Assembly (NCBI RefSeq): GCF_009914755.1
Contig: NC_060940.1
Strand: one strand, 5' to 3'
DNA length: 64,000 bases
Source of the DNA: the human T2T-CHM13v2.0 reference genome, Homo sapiens
Positions 1 through 21,003 of the stretch are shown in pieces. Under the pieces are notes generated by a model. That model saw only the letters and a list, made by a program, of their open reading frames with translations, made no database searches and had not been told where the DNA came from. The stretch's first letter is position 1, and each line of letters begins with the position of its first letter. The position numbers and the translations under genes are program-made.

Positions 1-1157
1 TTTTTCTTTAACCTCATCTCTAAAATGTCTATGAAGTTCATTCCTGGAAGGGTGCTTATCTGCCCCATAGGAAAGGACTTCCCTGCATGGTCATACTGAG
101 TGTACTCCTAGAGACAGGACCAGCTGCCATACTGTGTCTACTCTAGACGCTATCCCTACTACATCTGTAAATCTCCACAATTTGACAGCTTCAAAAACTT
201 CCAGCTCTCCTGATTTTTTCTTCACTCTTATCCAAAGAACCTCTTCAAGTTCCCAAATCTCATGTCTGTTGTCATTCTTCTCATTCTTAATAAAAAGTAT
301 ATTTGATCAGAGCCCAGAAGTCAGTATGTGTGAATCCCTTTGACTTCTCCTCCATTTCATCTAAAAATTCTACCTTTCATGACTTCCTTCTCCTTCCTAC
401 TTTTTCAAAGTCATGTCTTTGCATTCTGCCTTATCTCAGGCTTCATCACTTCTCTGTTTACCCACTGCTGCCCCTCTGCCTACAAACACGCTTGGATTTC
501 CCACATCCTACAGAAAGCTTCCTTCAAATCCACTGCTGATGCGTGGAACTACCCCATTTCTGTCCTTTCATCTTCACACTTTTATTTTAGAGACAGGGTT
601 TTGCTCTGCTGACCAGGTTAGAGTGCAGAGGTGTGATCACAGCTCACTGCAGCCTCAAACTCCTGGCCTCAAGCAATCCTCCTGCCTCAGCCTCTCAAAG
701 TGCTATGATTAAAGGTGTAAGCCACTAGGCCTGGCTTCACACTTTTTGAAAAAGGTAGCCCAAGCCCCATTTCACTGGCAATCCCTTGCCTTCCTCATCT
801 GCCCCCATTCAAACCAAAACCACTTTGTTGAATGCCAACAATGATGACTAATGCCAAGCCCAAAGTCTCCTCCTTTGTATTCATTCTGCTTGGACTGTAT
901 GTAACATGACCAACTTCCCCATGACAAGTTCTTTCCTCTCCACTCTTCTGAGATACTTCCTACCTTTGACTAGTGCCCCCAGTTTTTGTTTTTTTTGTGT
1001 TTTTTGCTTTCTTTCTCTATTGCTCCTTAAATTTCCCAAAATTCTTTCCTGGTCCTCTCCCTCAACTATACTTTCATAGACTCTTCAAGCTGCAATCCTA
1101 AATTTTACTGTTCTGGTGATAACTCCAAATCTCCACCTTTAACCTCTAACATTTCTT

Positions 1158-2066
1158 AACAGGCATAATTCACTTTATTTTTCTTGTATAAAACCCCTAT
1201 GTTGCAGCCACAGCTGCAGCCTGGGTCCTTTGCATGGAGACTCTGGTGTGGGTCTTGACGAGGTGGTCAGTGAATTCCTCATAGGGAGACTTGGTGAACA
1301 CAGTCTTCTTCCAGAGGTCGGGGGTCAGGCAGCTGTAGGTCTTGGAGATGGCATCAAAGGTGGTCTTGGCAAAGTTGCCCAGGGTGGCAGTGCAGCTCCT
1401 GGCTGAGGTGTAGCAATCATCAATACCAGCCACCAGCAGCAGCTTCTTGGGTACCGGGGCCGAGATGACACCAGTGCCCCTGGGCGCAGGGATGAGGCGC
1501 ACAAGCACAGAGCTGCAGTGGCCTGTCACCTTGCAAGGGATGGTGTGGGGCTTGCTGATCTTGTTCCCCCAGTAACCTCTGTGCACGGGAACAATGAAAA
1601 GCTTGGCCAGAATGATGGCCCCTCGGACGGCATCTCCTTGGAACACTTAACACCCACACTAGACGTGACCGTTCTAGTCCCTGAAGGCAACAAATGCCTT
1701 GAACCTGATGTGCTGGCTGATGCACGTGTGCTTCTGCATTGGCATAATCTTCAAAACCTCATCCTTGAGAGAGCCCCCAGTTAAAAGTCAATGATCTTAG
1801 ACTCCTTGATGGGCAGGGAGAAGAGATGGATTTCCTCCAGGGACTTGATCTTCATGTTCTTGACCAGGTGGCCCAGCTTGGTAATGGGCATATATTTCTT
1901 GTCCTTGGCTGAGGCCCTAGCCCCAGATGCCAATGCGGAAGCCTCTGCAGTTCCTCATCCCAGGACCCCCAGGGGCTCTGGGTCGCACTCCTGCACCCCT
2001 TGCCCCCTCACCAGCCCTAGCTACACTGGCGTCATCCGCCATTTGATGTTTTCTCAAAGAAGAAGC
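1158..2066 (-). pseudogene. RPS2P44: Processed pseudogene of ribosomal protein S2 (uS5)
   Basis: Intronless RPS2-like sequence from the pyrimidine-rich 5' end and ATG (2042) to the stop (1197) and AATAAA (1174-1179). Peptide ...[29 protein letters not shown]...[17 protein letters not shown]; frameshifts, stops and loss of the RG-repeat segment; degenerate TSD TAACATTT(C/T)TT at 1147 and 2073. Parent gene is secure; the pseudogene number is from memory. Confidence 0.93.
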
Positions 2067-2629
2067 AACTATTAACATTTTTTTAGGCTGCAAGACTACT
2101 CCCTGAGCACTTCCGCCTGGTTATCCCACACGTGCCTCAAACTTAACAGTTCTGAATCAGAGCTCACAGCTCTCTTCCACTCCATCCTTGGCCCAAGTTG
2201 CCTTTCAGTGATGTGGGCACTGAGTCTTGTGAACATGGCAACTAATTCTAAACTCTTCTTCCTACTGTCAGTTTTACCACACTCCACTCCTCTGTTACAG
2301 TACCAAAGTTCTGAAAACGTACCAATTTCACTTCCTTGCTCAAAAACTTTCTAAAGCTCTTCATCGTGTAGGATTAATGTTCAAGATTCTGAGAACAATA
2401 TTCAAAGTCCCTGCAGTCTAGACTTTAATGTGCTTATTTCTATAACCTAGTTTAAACTTTTCTTCCTTCCACTCTAATCCAAAAGTACCTTCTAAGAAAT
2501 CCAAAGTGTATTAATCTCTGCTTTCTATACGTAACAGTATCTTATTATTTAAACTATAGCATTTATCACAGCTCTATTAGATTGTAAATGTATTATATTA
2601 AGAGTGGGGACTGGCCTTGGTCATTTAAC

Positions 2630-2850
2630 TATGGTTCTCAGCTAGGTGAGATTTTGCCCTTCCTTGGGGCATTTGACAATGCCAAGAGACATTTGACAAT
2701 GCCAAGAGACATTGCTGGTTGTCACAACCAAGAGGATGCTCTTGGCAACTAGAGGGTAGAGGCCAGAAAAGCTACTAAATATCCTACAATACACAGTACA
2801 GCCCCCACAACAATGATCTGTCCAAAATGTCAGATGAGAAACCCTGAACT
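2630..2850. mobile_element. MER20 (hAT-Charlie) DNA transposon with an internal 20-bp tandem duplication
   Basis: tggttctca...gacatttgacaatgccaagagacatt...ggttgtcacaa...gctactaaatatcctacaat...gagaaaccctg resembles MER20. Confidence 0.75.
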
Positions 2851-4360
2851 AATCAATAAATGTCTAACAAGAACATGTCAGAACAGGAATTAGGAGGTTC
2901 AGGAACACAGGCTGACATCCAGCCTAGTTATCAATGATGTGGTTAACATTGTTTAAGAGGGAAAGAATGGCCAAAAAGGGGGGAAGGGAGTTTCATTTTA
3001 GTAGTTTGAATAAAGTTAAATAAAATTATCAAATACTTCTAAATAAGGGAAAAGAATGGCCTTTCAAATATAAGGGAGTACTCTCTTAGGCCTACTCAAA
3101 GATTATTTAATTCTCTAGGAAATACACCTTTGCCTAACACATTATTCATTATTGGTTAGGGTCTAGACTGTGAAGCTATGCATTCAAATGTAGATTTCTG
3201 TCCAGTAGAGATGCCAACTATCTCAGTCTGCTAGAAAAATAACCCAAAAGGTTACAATGTTGTTGCTCTGTAAGATATTAGCCAATCTGTATCTAACCAA
3301 GCAACTGTATTCCAATAATAACCTTGAATATAAATAGAAAAAGAAAAATGACAAAAAAAAAAAAAGATCCAAGTATATGCTGCCTGCAAGAGACTCACTT
3401 CACCAGTAGGGTCACACAGACTGAAGGTGAAGGGATGGAAAAAGGTATTTCATGTGAATGGAAAACCAAAAGAAAGCAGGCGTAGCTATACTTATATCAG
3501 ATAAAATAAACTGTAAGTCAAAAACTATTAGAAGAAACAAAGTCATTATAAAATATTAAAGGGGTCAATTCAGCATGACAGTATAACAACTATACATACA
3601 TATATATATATATGTACACACTCAAATACATAAGGCAAATATTAATAGATTTGAAGGGATAGACTATAATACAATAACTGTAAGGAACATCAACACACCA
3701 CTTTCAGTTCAAGACCAGCCTGGGCAACATGGCAAAATCCAGATGGAAATTAAGATTAGATTAGAAATAAATGAAAGATTAGAGCAGAAATAAATGAAAC
3801 AGAGACTATAAAAATAGAAAATATTAATAAAATGAGTTGTTTATGAAAAGGTTTTAAAAATTCATAACCCTTTAGCTAGACTAAGAAAAAAGAGGAGACA
3901 AAATCAGAAATGAAAAAGTAGATATGACAACTGATACTGCAGATTTACAGAAGATCACAAAAAACTATTATGAACAATTATACACGAACAAATTGGATAA
4001 CTCAGAAGAAATGGATAAATTCCTTGACACATACAACCTACCAAGATTGAATTAGGAATAGAAAACCTGAAGAGACTAATAATGAGTGAGACTAAATCAG
4101 TAATAAGAAGTCTCCTATCAAAGAAAAGCCCAGGAACTGATGGCTTGCTTCACTGCTGAATTCTACCAAACATTTAAAGAAGAACTAATGTCAATTCTTC
4201 TCAAACTCTTCCAAAAAACTGAAGAGGAGGAAATACTTCCAAATTCATTTTTGAGGCCAGCATTACCCTGGTACCAAAACCAGATGAGGATAAAACAAAA
4301 AAAGAAAACTGCAGGCCAATATCCCTGATGAACACAGATACAAAAACCTTCAACAAAATA

Positions 4361-4710
4361 TAGTTGGCCTTCTCTATCTGTGGTTTCCGCATCCATGGAT
4401 TCAACCAACCACAGATTGAAAATACTCAGAAAAAAAATTACATTTGTCCTGGACATGTACAGACTTTTTTCCTGTCATTATTCCCTAAAGAATACAATAT
4501 AACTATTTATATCACATTTACATTGTATAAGGCATTATAAGTAGGTCAAGGAGGTCAAATCATCTCAAGATGATTTAAGTATACAGGAAAATATACATAG
4601 ATTATACGCAAACACTATACCATTTTATACCAGGGACCTGAGTAGCTGCAGATTTTCATATCCGTGAGAGATCCTGGAACCAATCACCCACAAATGACAA
4701 GAGACTACTG
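4361..4710. mobile_element. Tigger3 (MER7-type) non-autonomous DNA transposon inside the L1
   Basis: TIR-like ends, flanking TA, core ccgcatccatggattcaaccaacc. Confidence 0.75.
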
Positions 4711-5856
4711 TAATAGCAAAGAGAATTCAATAACACATTAAAAAGATCATTCACTATAATCAAGTAGGATTCATCCAAGGAATGCAAGGATGGCTGAACA
4801 AATACAAATGCAAATGAAAAAACAGGATACATTACATTAACAGAATGAAAAACAAAAGCCATATGATCAGTTCAATGAATGCCAAAAAAGCATTTGATAA
4901 AATCCCATGCCTTTTCATGATAAAAAAAAAAAAATCCCAACACTTCAACACAATAAATGCCACATATGATAAATCTGCAACTCATAACATACTCAGTGAA
5001 GAAAAATTTAAGGCTCTTCCTGTAAGATCTGGAACAAGACAAAGAAGCCCGCTCTTTCAATATGGTATTCAAAGTTTTAGAGCAATTAGGCAAGAGAAAT
5101 ATAAGACATCCACACTAGAAAGAAAAAAGTTAAACTGTTCCCAGATGACATGATTTTACTATATAGGAAACCCCTAACAGTCCACCAAAAAAACCCCCAG
5201 AATTATTGAATTCCATAAAGTTGCAGAATACAAAATCAACACAAAAATCAGTAGTGTTTCTAAACTAACAGTGAACTACTTAGGAATAAATTTAACCAAG
5301 GAGTTCAAAAATCTTTACACAGAAAACGAAAACACTGACAAAAGAAATTGAAGACACAAATAAATGGAATGATATCCCAGGACAATCTCTTCAATAAATA
5401 TATTGGGAAAAGTATACAACCACATGCAAAAGAATGATATTAGATCCTTATCTCGCATCATATACAATAATCAACTAAAGATGGATTAAAGACTTAAAGG
5501 TTAAGACTCCAAACTATGAAACTACTAGATGAAAACATAGAGGAAAAGCTTCACGACATTGGTCTGGACAATGATTTTTTTAAAATACAACCACAAAAGC
5601 AGAGGCTACAAAAACAAAAATAGACTAACAGAATTACATCAAATAAAAACCTCTGGACAAGCAAGAAGCCAATCAACAGAGATTACCTACAGAATGAGAG
5701 AAAATATTTGCAAACTATACACATAAGAGGTTAATATCCAAAAATATAAAAGGAACTCAAAACAACAAGAGCAAGACAACAATCCAATTAAAAAATGAGC
5801 AAAAGATTTGAATAGACACATTTATCAAAAGAAGATATACAAATGGCCAACAGGTA

Positions 5857-6466
5857 CAGTAGTGAGTCCCCCCTTATGTGTGGTTTCAGTTACCCTTGGT
5901 CAAGCATGTTATGAAAATATTAAATAGAAAACTCCAGAAATAAGCAATTCATAAAAATTTTTAATTGTGCCCTCTAAGCAGTGCAGTGAAATCTTCCGCT
6001 ATCCAGTATTGGAATCATTCCTCTGTCTGGTATATCCACGCTGTATATACTACCTGCCCAACAGACAGTAGCTGCCTTGGTTATCAGATCGACTGTAGCA
6101 GTATCTAGGTGGCCATCTTCAAGTTGCCCTTATTTTACTTAATAACGATCCCAAAATACAAGAGTAGTAACGTTGGCAATTTGGACACGCCAAAGAGAAG
6201 CAATAAATTGCTTCCTTTAAATGCATAGATGAAAGTTCTCCACTTAATAAGAAACTAACTTTTATTAGAGTATACTGTTATAATTTTTCTATTATTAGTA
6301 ATTGTCGTTAATCCTTTATTGTGCCTAATGTATAATTTAATCTTTATCATGGGTATCTACGTATAGGAAAAAAAACGTTGTATATATAGGACTCGGTACC
6401 ATCCAAGGTTTTAGGTATCTACTGGGGGTCTTGGAACGTATCCCCAGCAGATAAGGGGGACCACTG
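5857..6466. mobile_element. MER44 (Tigger7-derived) element
   Basis: TIRs cagtagt..tcccccttat / ataagggggaccactg with TA duplication. Confidence 0.75.
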
Positions 6467-6484
6467 TACATGAAAAAAATTACT

Positions 6485-6790
6485 GGCTGAGGGCAGTGGC
6501 TCATGCCTGTAATCCTAGCACTTGGGGAGGCCAGGAGTTTGAGCTCAGGAATTTGAGAACAGGCTGAGCAACATAGGGAGACCTCATCTCTATAACCAAT
6601 TTAAAAAGTAGGTGGGCATGATGGTAAACTCGCCTGTGGTCCCATCTACTCAGGAAGCTGAGGTGGGGGAACTGCTTGAGCCCAGTAATTTGAGGCTGCA
6701 GTTAACTATGACCACATCACTGCACTCTAGCCTGGGCGACAGAGTGAGGCCCTGTCTCAATAAATAAATAAATAAATAAAATAATAAAAG
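6485..6790 (+). mobile_element. AluJ-like with (TAAA)n tail
   Basis: Dimeric Alu with J-type diagnostic positions. Confidence 0.85.
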
Positions 6791-8300
6791 AGAAAATGTT
6801 ATATATAGTCATCCCTTGGTGTCCGCAGGGGATTGATTCCAGGACCCTTTTGCAAATACCAAAATATGGTAAATATAAACAATGGAATGCTTATCAGCCA
6901 TAAAAAATAAAAAAAGGAAATCCTGGTATTTGCAACATCATAGATAAACCTGAAAACATGAGGTTAAGTGAAATAAGCCAGGCATGGAAAGACAAATGAT
7001 GTATGTGGAATCTAAAAAAGTTGGTCTCCTACAAACAGAGAGAAGAATGGTGGTTATCCAAGGCTGGCACAGTTTGGGGAAGGGATTCTGGAGATGTTGG
7101 TCAAAGGACACAAGATTACAGTTAGATAGGAGGAATAAATTCAAGAGAACTATTGTACAGCATGGTGACTATAGTTAATGACAATATATTGTGGTCATGA
7201 AAAATACTAACAGAATAGATATGTGTCCTCACCACAAAAATCACATCTATGTGAGGCATGTTAATTAGCTAGCTTTAACCATTCCACATTGTTATGTACT
7301 TCAAAACATCATGGATACATAATAAATACAATTTTATCTGTCAATTTAAAAAATAAATAAATTTGAAAACTTCAAGTGCTCTCTGAACCATTTCTACATT
7401 CCTGCTGGTCCCTCATTTATGAGTTACCTGTCTGAAAGTCATGCTTACATAACTTCAAAAAAATTTTTACACTTTGGCAGTAGAGTAGTACCCACTCAGA
7501 TGCCCGAAGGGACTCTCATCTGCTTGAGCTACTAAACTGAGTGTCCCCAGAAGGGCACTTCATCAGCTCCTTAAACCCAAGCATGTCTCATTTTGGCTCC
7601 CAGAGTACCAAGAGAATACCAAGCAGCCAGAGAATGTTACTTCTGCTGTTTCTCTGTTGTCTCCTTTTCTTCTGATAATGTGTTTTCGTTTGATGATTCT
7701 TAGCCACATGTCCCTGTCCACACTGGCCCAGAGACCAGTGGATACAAATCACTAGGCCAGTTTCAACTGCACCCTCTGTATACATGAATCTGGTCTATGC
7801 ATGGCTGATAACTGATCTTGGCTAGGAATCTGATTTTATGGTCTGACCATATGGTGATCTGTCCGGTAGACAATAGGGATCTATTTTCTGTCAGATGAGA
7901 CACCTCAAGAAAATCTGGTTTTAGTCTTTTCTGTGTTGTTGTTAGTGCAAGATCACGTTTCGGGACCAATGAAAGAACTGTCTTTTTGAAATCTGGACCA
8001 GTTATGTGTTTCTCAATTATTTTTACCTGTGATTCAGACTGTTGAAGCTGAAAGTTCTTGTGCACTTGTGACTATAAGAAAAGCCTCATTTTTCACGGTA
8101 TGAATGAGAAATATCCCCAGGGCTATTAATACATTAGATTATAAAGTTTCTCAAACAATCTCTACTCTAGTTGGTTGACAGATAATTACAAGAACTTCCT
8201 TAACTCTATCTATATTTCTAGAATTCCTCCAACATAATGAAACTAAACATGTAATACTTTAAACATGTTAGCCTTTTAAGGACAAAAAAAAACAAACCCA

Positions 8301-10029
<1,729 letters not shown>

Positions 10030-11962
10030 TAATATAACCACAATGTCATTACTGCACCCAGCAAAACACTTTCTTAATCTAATACCCAGTCTGTGTTTAA
10101 TGTCTTTTTCCAGTTGTTTTCTCCTAATTACTCTGATTTTTTTTTCACCGTAACTACACGATTAGTTTACCCTTGTCTATAACGTAACAAGAGCAGAATT
10201 ACAACAGTATATATACTCTTTTAGTAAGGCTCTTAAATGCAGCATAATAGTTTTGAGATTAATCCACATCGTTACATGTATCAGCCAGTAATTTATCCTT
10301 TTCCATTGCTAAGTAGTATGCAACTCTGTTTTTTACATCTAAACTATCTCTGGAGGTTCCTAAAGGTCCCTGGGAAATCACAAAGATTTGTTTTTATCAC
10401 CTTATAACAAGAAGGATGTTAAAACTAATTTCTTTGGAGTATTCTGTGTTTCTTAAATAGCTCAACATGATTAGTTTCTGTCAAATCAAAGAGGAAGCAT
10501 GGTCTTCTCTGGATACTTTTGTACAGATAAAAACTTTTAACATTTTTTTTTTTAGAGACTACACACTTTACAAGATAGAATGGAAGGCCTTAGCGCCTTG
10601 TCAATGCCCACAATATGTTCTTAGCTTTCAAATAAACACTGCTCCAATCTTAAGAAACAGTTATGTACTGTACCTCAATAGATTTTAACTCTCCTCCATC
10701 CTGATTTTGTTGGTTACTGTATAAACTGACCATGGTTATCCAGTCTTGTCATTAACAAGTGGTTTCTTCTTTCCTCTCTTCCTTGTGCTATACCTCTGCT
10801 ACTGACTACAGCATAGAAAGTGGGTCTACAACAAAGGATGACAGTCCGAGAGTCTTGCAGAAGAGACTATGCCAGACACTCTTGACTACTGATACCTCAA
10901 GAAACTGACTCATGGACACAAACTTTGGAGTATAAGCGACATCCCTTAAGCAACAGGCTAGACTACACCAAAGGATTCAGTCGAGATTTCTGGGACCCTT
11001 TGTGAAGCAGACAACCCAAGATCTAGTGGAACACAATGTAATGACTGAATGAATTAATGAAAGAAATCTAACTCTAGTTATATGAAATATAGTTGATTTT
11101 TTACAATGTTCTATTTTCTCTCAGGTATAGGAAGAAGCCCCTTTTCATTAATTTTTAACCTTCTACTTAGCAAGCTATGCTTTTACAAATGGAAAGAAAA
11201 CACTTTCAAAATGTTATCTTGTTTTCCTTGACACTCAAAATTCAGGAATTAAAAATACTTTCACTGGCTCTCTTCACTTTTCATGATATGCAGCTGCTTG
11301 CATAAGATCATTAAGAATTTGGCCCCCTTTTTACCAGAAGAGAATCAGACAAACTGATTGTGCAACCCAGGCCATATCTGGAATTACATAAGAATTTTAT
11401 TTAATAAGGTATAGAATGGCCACTATTAAAGAACAAGAACTGTAGTTCATGTGTTGAACTCATGCTCAGGAAACTGGCCTGGTGCCTATCCTATGGTGCA
11501 GGATCTCAGCCTTCTGTTCTGTATTAAGGTCAATTCCTGGAAAGTCAGAAATTTTAGCAGATTTTGGGAATTCTGAAGAGAGAGGAATTCATCTAGATGT
11601 ACAGACACTACAGGTGAAATATGTAGAGATAGTTTTCTTGATTTTTTTTTTTTGAGGTTGGTTTCCAAGCTTTAGAAGAGCCAATAAGAACAGATAAAAA
11701 CAAAAAATAAGCAAAAATCTCACCTGGCTATTTAAAATGCAATATAAGATTTCTTATGAAATTTCCTGAGGATAATTCTCTACCCTCACTAGCTACTAAT
11801 ACATCTTACCATCACCCAAATACAAAGACGCTACTGTGTGGGTGTGATATCAAGAATAATCTCCAGATGTTATATAGAAGGGGACGCAATGAACAAAAAT
11901 TACAAAAATCCTGAAAATAAGGTAAAAAAAATGGCAGCATGTTCTTTCAATGTCATACTATG

Positions 11963-12267
11963 TTTTCTTTTTTTTTTTTTTTTGGAGATGAAGTTTCATT
12001 CTTGTCGCCCAGGCTGGGGTGCAATGGCAGGATCTTGGCTCATGGCAACCTTCGCCTCTCAGGTTCAAGTGATTCTCCTGCCTCAGCCTCCCAAGTAGTT
12101 GGGATTACAGGCACCCGCCACCATGCCTGGCTAATTTTTGTATTTTTAGTAGAGACGGGGTTTCACCATATTGGCCAGGCTGGTCTCGAACTCCTGACCT
12201 CAAGTGATCCACCTGCCTCGACCTCCCAATGTGTTGGGATTGCAGGTGTGAGTCACTGTGCCCAGCC
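11963..12267 (-). mobile_element. AluS
   Basis: Full dimeric antisense Alu. Confidence 0.9.
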
Positions 12268-12321
12268 TCAATATCACACTATTCTCTAGCAGGCCCAATC
12301 AAGGATTACTTAATACTTTAG

Positions 12322-12660
12322 GGCAGCACTGTCCAAAAGAACTTCTGCAATGATGGAAATGTCCTACAGCTGTACTATCCAAATTGGTGGCCACTAGTTA
12401 CATGTGACCACTAGCACTTAATTTCACTGAAGCAATTTAGACAGCCACATGGGGTAGTGGCTACCATACTGGTTTGTGCAAATCCAGCCCTTGGACCATT
12501 TTGTATATACAACCCCTGAGGTAAAAATAGTTTTTACATTTTTAAAGGGCTGTAAAAACCAAAACAAAAAGGAATATAAAACAAAGACTTTGTGGTCCAC
12601 AAAGTCTACAATATTTATCATTTGGCTCTTTAGAGAAAAAGTTTGCCAATGTACATCCTA
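12322..12660. mobile_element. MER3 followed by a MER58-like fragment (hAT-Charlie)
   Basis: cactgtccaaaagaacttctgcaatgatggaaatgt...gtggctaccatactgg; tatttatcatttggctctttagagaaaaagtttgcc. Confidence 0.65.
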
Positions 12661-12821
12661 GGAGAATGTATTTTTTTGCTTGACATATTTACATTAAATA
12701 ACATCCAGAATCTGTGAAATTACATTATAACTTGTAGATTTTTGTCCAGTATAGATACAGATGATTTCTGTCTGGCATAAAAGACAATCCCAAAGATCAT
12801 GGTTTCATTATCTTGTAAGAC

Positions 12822-13372
12822 TGTAATACTGTGAAATATGTATTTCCTGGCATACAACTTTTAAAATTTTTAGAATTTGAAAGTGATAGTCTTTTCATAT
12901 CCTAATGAGTTCAACTATGACTGGCATCCATAGGTAGTAGCTTCAGGATGGGGTTGGTCAGCAGAGACCAAAGTAGGATGACAGGGTCTCAACCCTACTT
13001 CCAACCTCTCGGGAAGGGAGAGGGGCTGAAGGTTAGTTTGATCATCAGTGCCAATGATTTAATCAATCACGCCTATGTAATGAGGCTTCCATAAAAACCC
13101 AAATGGACTGGCTTTGGAGAGTTTCAGGATAGCTAATACCTATCCTGAAGGGTGTTGTTCCTGGAGAGGGTATGGAAGCTCTAAGCCCTTTCCCTCATAC
13201 CTTGCCCTATGCATCGCTTCATCTATAACCTTTGTAACAGCCTTTACAATTAACCAGTAAGTGTCTTGCCCAGAGTTCTCTGAGCTGCTTAGCTAATTAA
13301 CAAAACCCATGGAGTGAGTTGTGAGAAAATCGATTTATAGCCCATCAGTCATAATCACAAAACAACCTGGGA
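12822..13372 (+). mobile_element. MER21-like LTR (3' truncated)
   Basis: Starts tgtaatactgtgaaatat; contains ggagaggggctgaaggtt and gatttaatcaatcacgcctatgtaatgaggcttccataaaaaccc, typical of MER21. Confidence 0.7.
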
Positions 13373-13435
13373 AACTTTTCCCTAGATCCCTACAAGGGTA
13401 TAGAACCTGCCAAAGGAATTCACTTTGTAGACTGG

Positions 13436-14164
13436 TGAAACCACCTTTGCAAAAATTATAACTGAGGAAATTATGACAGTGAAAGAGATCAGACCTAATT
13501 GACTCCATCTTGTATCTAACCTTTGGGCTGTTCTTGTTCATTGCTGGGTGTAGGTCGAAATAACCTTGGGAAGGAATTCAGTTTACGGTTTGACTCTGAA
13601 ACAAAACTGGTAACAGCCCTTTCTCGGAAAGACCCCCTTCTTGCTTGGGGACCAGTCTGCCTTTGAAGGACTAACAAATTAGCTACAAGATTAGAAATGA
13701 TGGTTTAGGAGTCATATAGCTTCTGGCTCCAAGAGTCTGAACCTCCCCAAATTGCTCCTGGGGATAACATCACTATTGTAAAACCTAAAATTAGTGGTTG
13801 AAATATTTTGCAGACTCTGCACTCAATGAATCAGCTGACACCACCCAGATCCATATTCTGGCTCAACCAATTCTGCCATCCCACCCAGGAACAGAAGACA
13901 GCAAGAAAACCTCACTTTGACCCCCATGATTCCATCTCCAACCTGACCAATCAGCACTCCCCACTTCCCAAGCCCCTACCTGCCAAATTATCTTTAAAAA
14001 CTGATCCCTGAACGCTGGGGGAGAGGGTTTTGAGTAATAATAAAACTCTAGTCTCCCACACAGCCAGCTGTGTGTGAATTACTCTTTCTCCACTGCAGTT
14101 CCCCTGTCTTGATAAATTGGCTCTGTCTAGGCAGAGGGCAAGGTGAACCTGTTGGTTGGTTACA
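13436..14164 (+). mobile_element. 5' LTR, LTR8 family (LTR8B-like), ERV1
   Basis: TGAAACC...TTACA termini; paired with 20232-20946; followed by a tRNA-Pro-like PBS (TGGAGGCTTGTCCAGGAT 14169-14186). Confidence 0.88.
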
Positions 14165-20231
<6,067 letters not shown>

Positions 20232-20946
20232 TGAAACCACCTTTGCAAAAACTGTAACTGAGGAAATTATGACAGTGAAAGAGATCAGACTTGACTGACT
20301 CCATCTTGCTTCTAACCTTTCAGCTGTCCTTGCTCAGTCCTGGAAGTAGGCTGGAACTAACCTTGGCAAGGAATTCAGTTTATGGTTTGACTCTGAAACA
20401 AAACTGATAATAGCCCTTTCCTGAAAAGACTCCCTTCTTGTCTGGGGACCAGTCTGCCTTTACAGGACTAACAAATTAGCTACAAGATTAGAAATGATGG
20501 CTTAGGGGTCATGCAGCTTTTGGCTCCAAGAGTTTGAACCTCCCCAAATTGCTCCTGGGGATAACAGTACTAAGATCAGTAGTTGAGATATTTTGCAGAC
20601 CCTGCAGTCAATGGATCAGCTGACACCACCCAGTCCCATAATCTGACTCAACCAGTTCTGCCATCCCACCCAGGAACAGAAGACAACAAGAACATCTCAC
20701 TTCAACCCCCAGTGTTTCCATCTCCAACCTGACCAATCAGCACTCCCCACTTCCCAAGCCCCTACCTGCCAAATTATCTTTAAAACTCTGATCCCCGAAT
20801 ATGGGGAAATTGATTTGAGTAATAATAGAACTCCAGTCTCCCACACAGCCAGCTCTGTGTGAATTACTCTTTCTCCATTGCAATTCCCATCTTGATAAAT
20901 CAGCTTTGTCTAGGCAGAGGACAAGGTGAACCCGTTGGGCGGTTAC
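20232..20946 (+). mobile_element. 3' LTR, LTR8 family
   Basis: Colinear with the 5' LTR; flanks CTGG / TTGG form a 4-bp TSD with one mismatch. Confidence 0.88.
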
Positions 20947-21003
20947 ATTGGTATCAACTTCCTGAAAAACCATTACTAAGACAGATTCTGAATTTAGGGT
21001 ATA

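Larger units (their letters stand above)
3310..7370 (+). mobile_element. Old, internally deleted L1 (L1MA-type) ORF2 to 3' UTR, interrupted by Tigger3, MER44, Alu and MER2 pieces
   Basis: ORF2 remnants ([23 protein letters not shown]; HMISSMNAKKAFDKI) and an L1MA-like 3' end (gaggaataaattcaagaga...gtgactatagttaat). Confidence 0.85.

Noticed and set aside
1197-1646. 149-aa RPS2-like ORF as a functional retrogene
   Set aside because: No ATG in frame at its start, the upstream part is frameshifted, and conserved residues are substituted.
2670-2713. Short perfect tandem duplications (20 bp here, 16 bp at ~60645, 12 bp at ~56993)
   Set aside because: Ordinary slippage duplications with two copies only; not spacer-bearing arrays.
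5857-5900. MER44 as an ISRE donor
   Set aside because: The GTTTCGCTTTC segment recalled from the consensus is missing in this copy.
10320-11700. Possible older ERV internal remnant
   Set aside because: Only faint similarity to the 19500-19620 region; family and boundaries cannot be supported.
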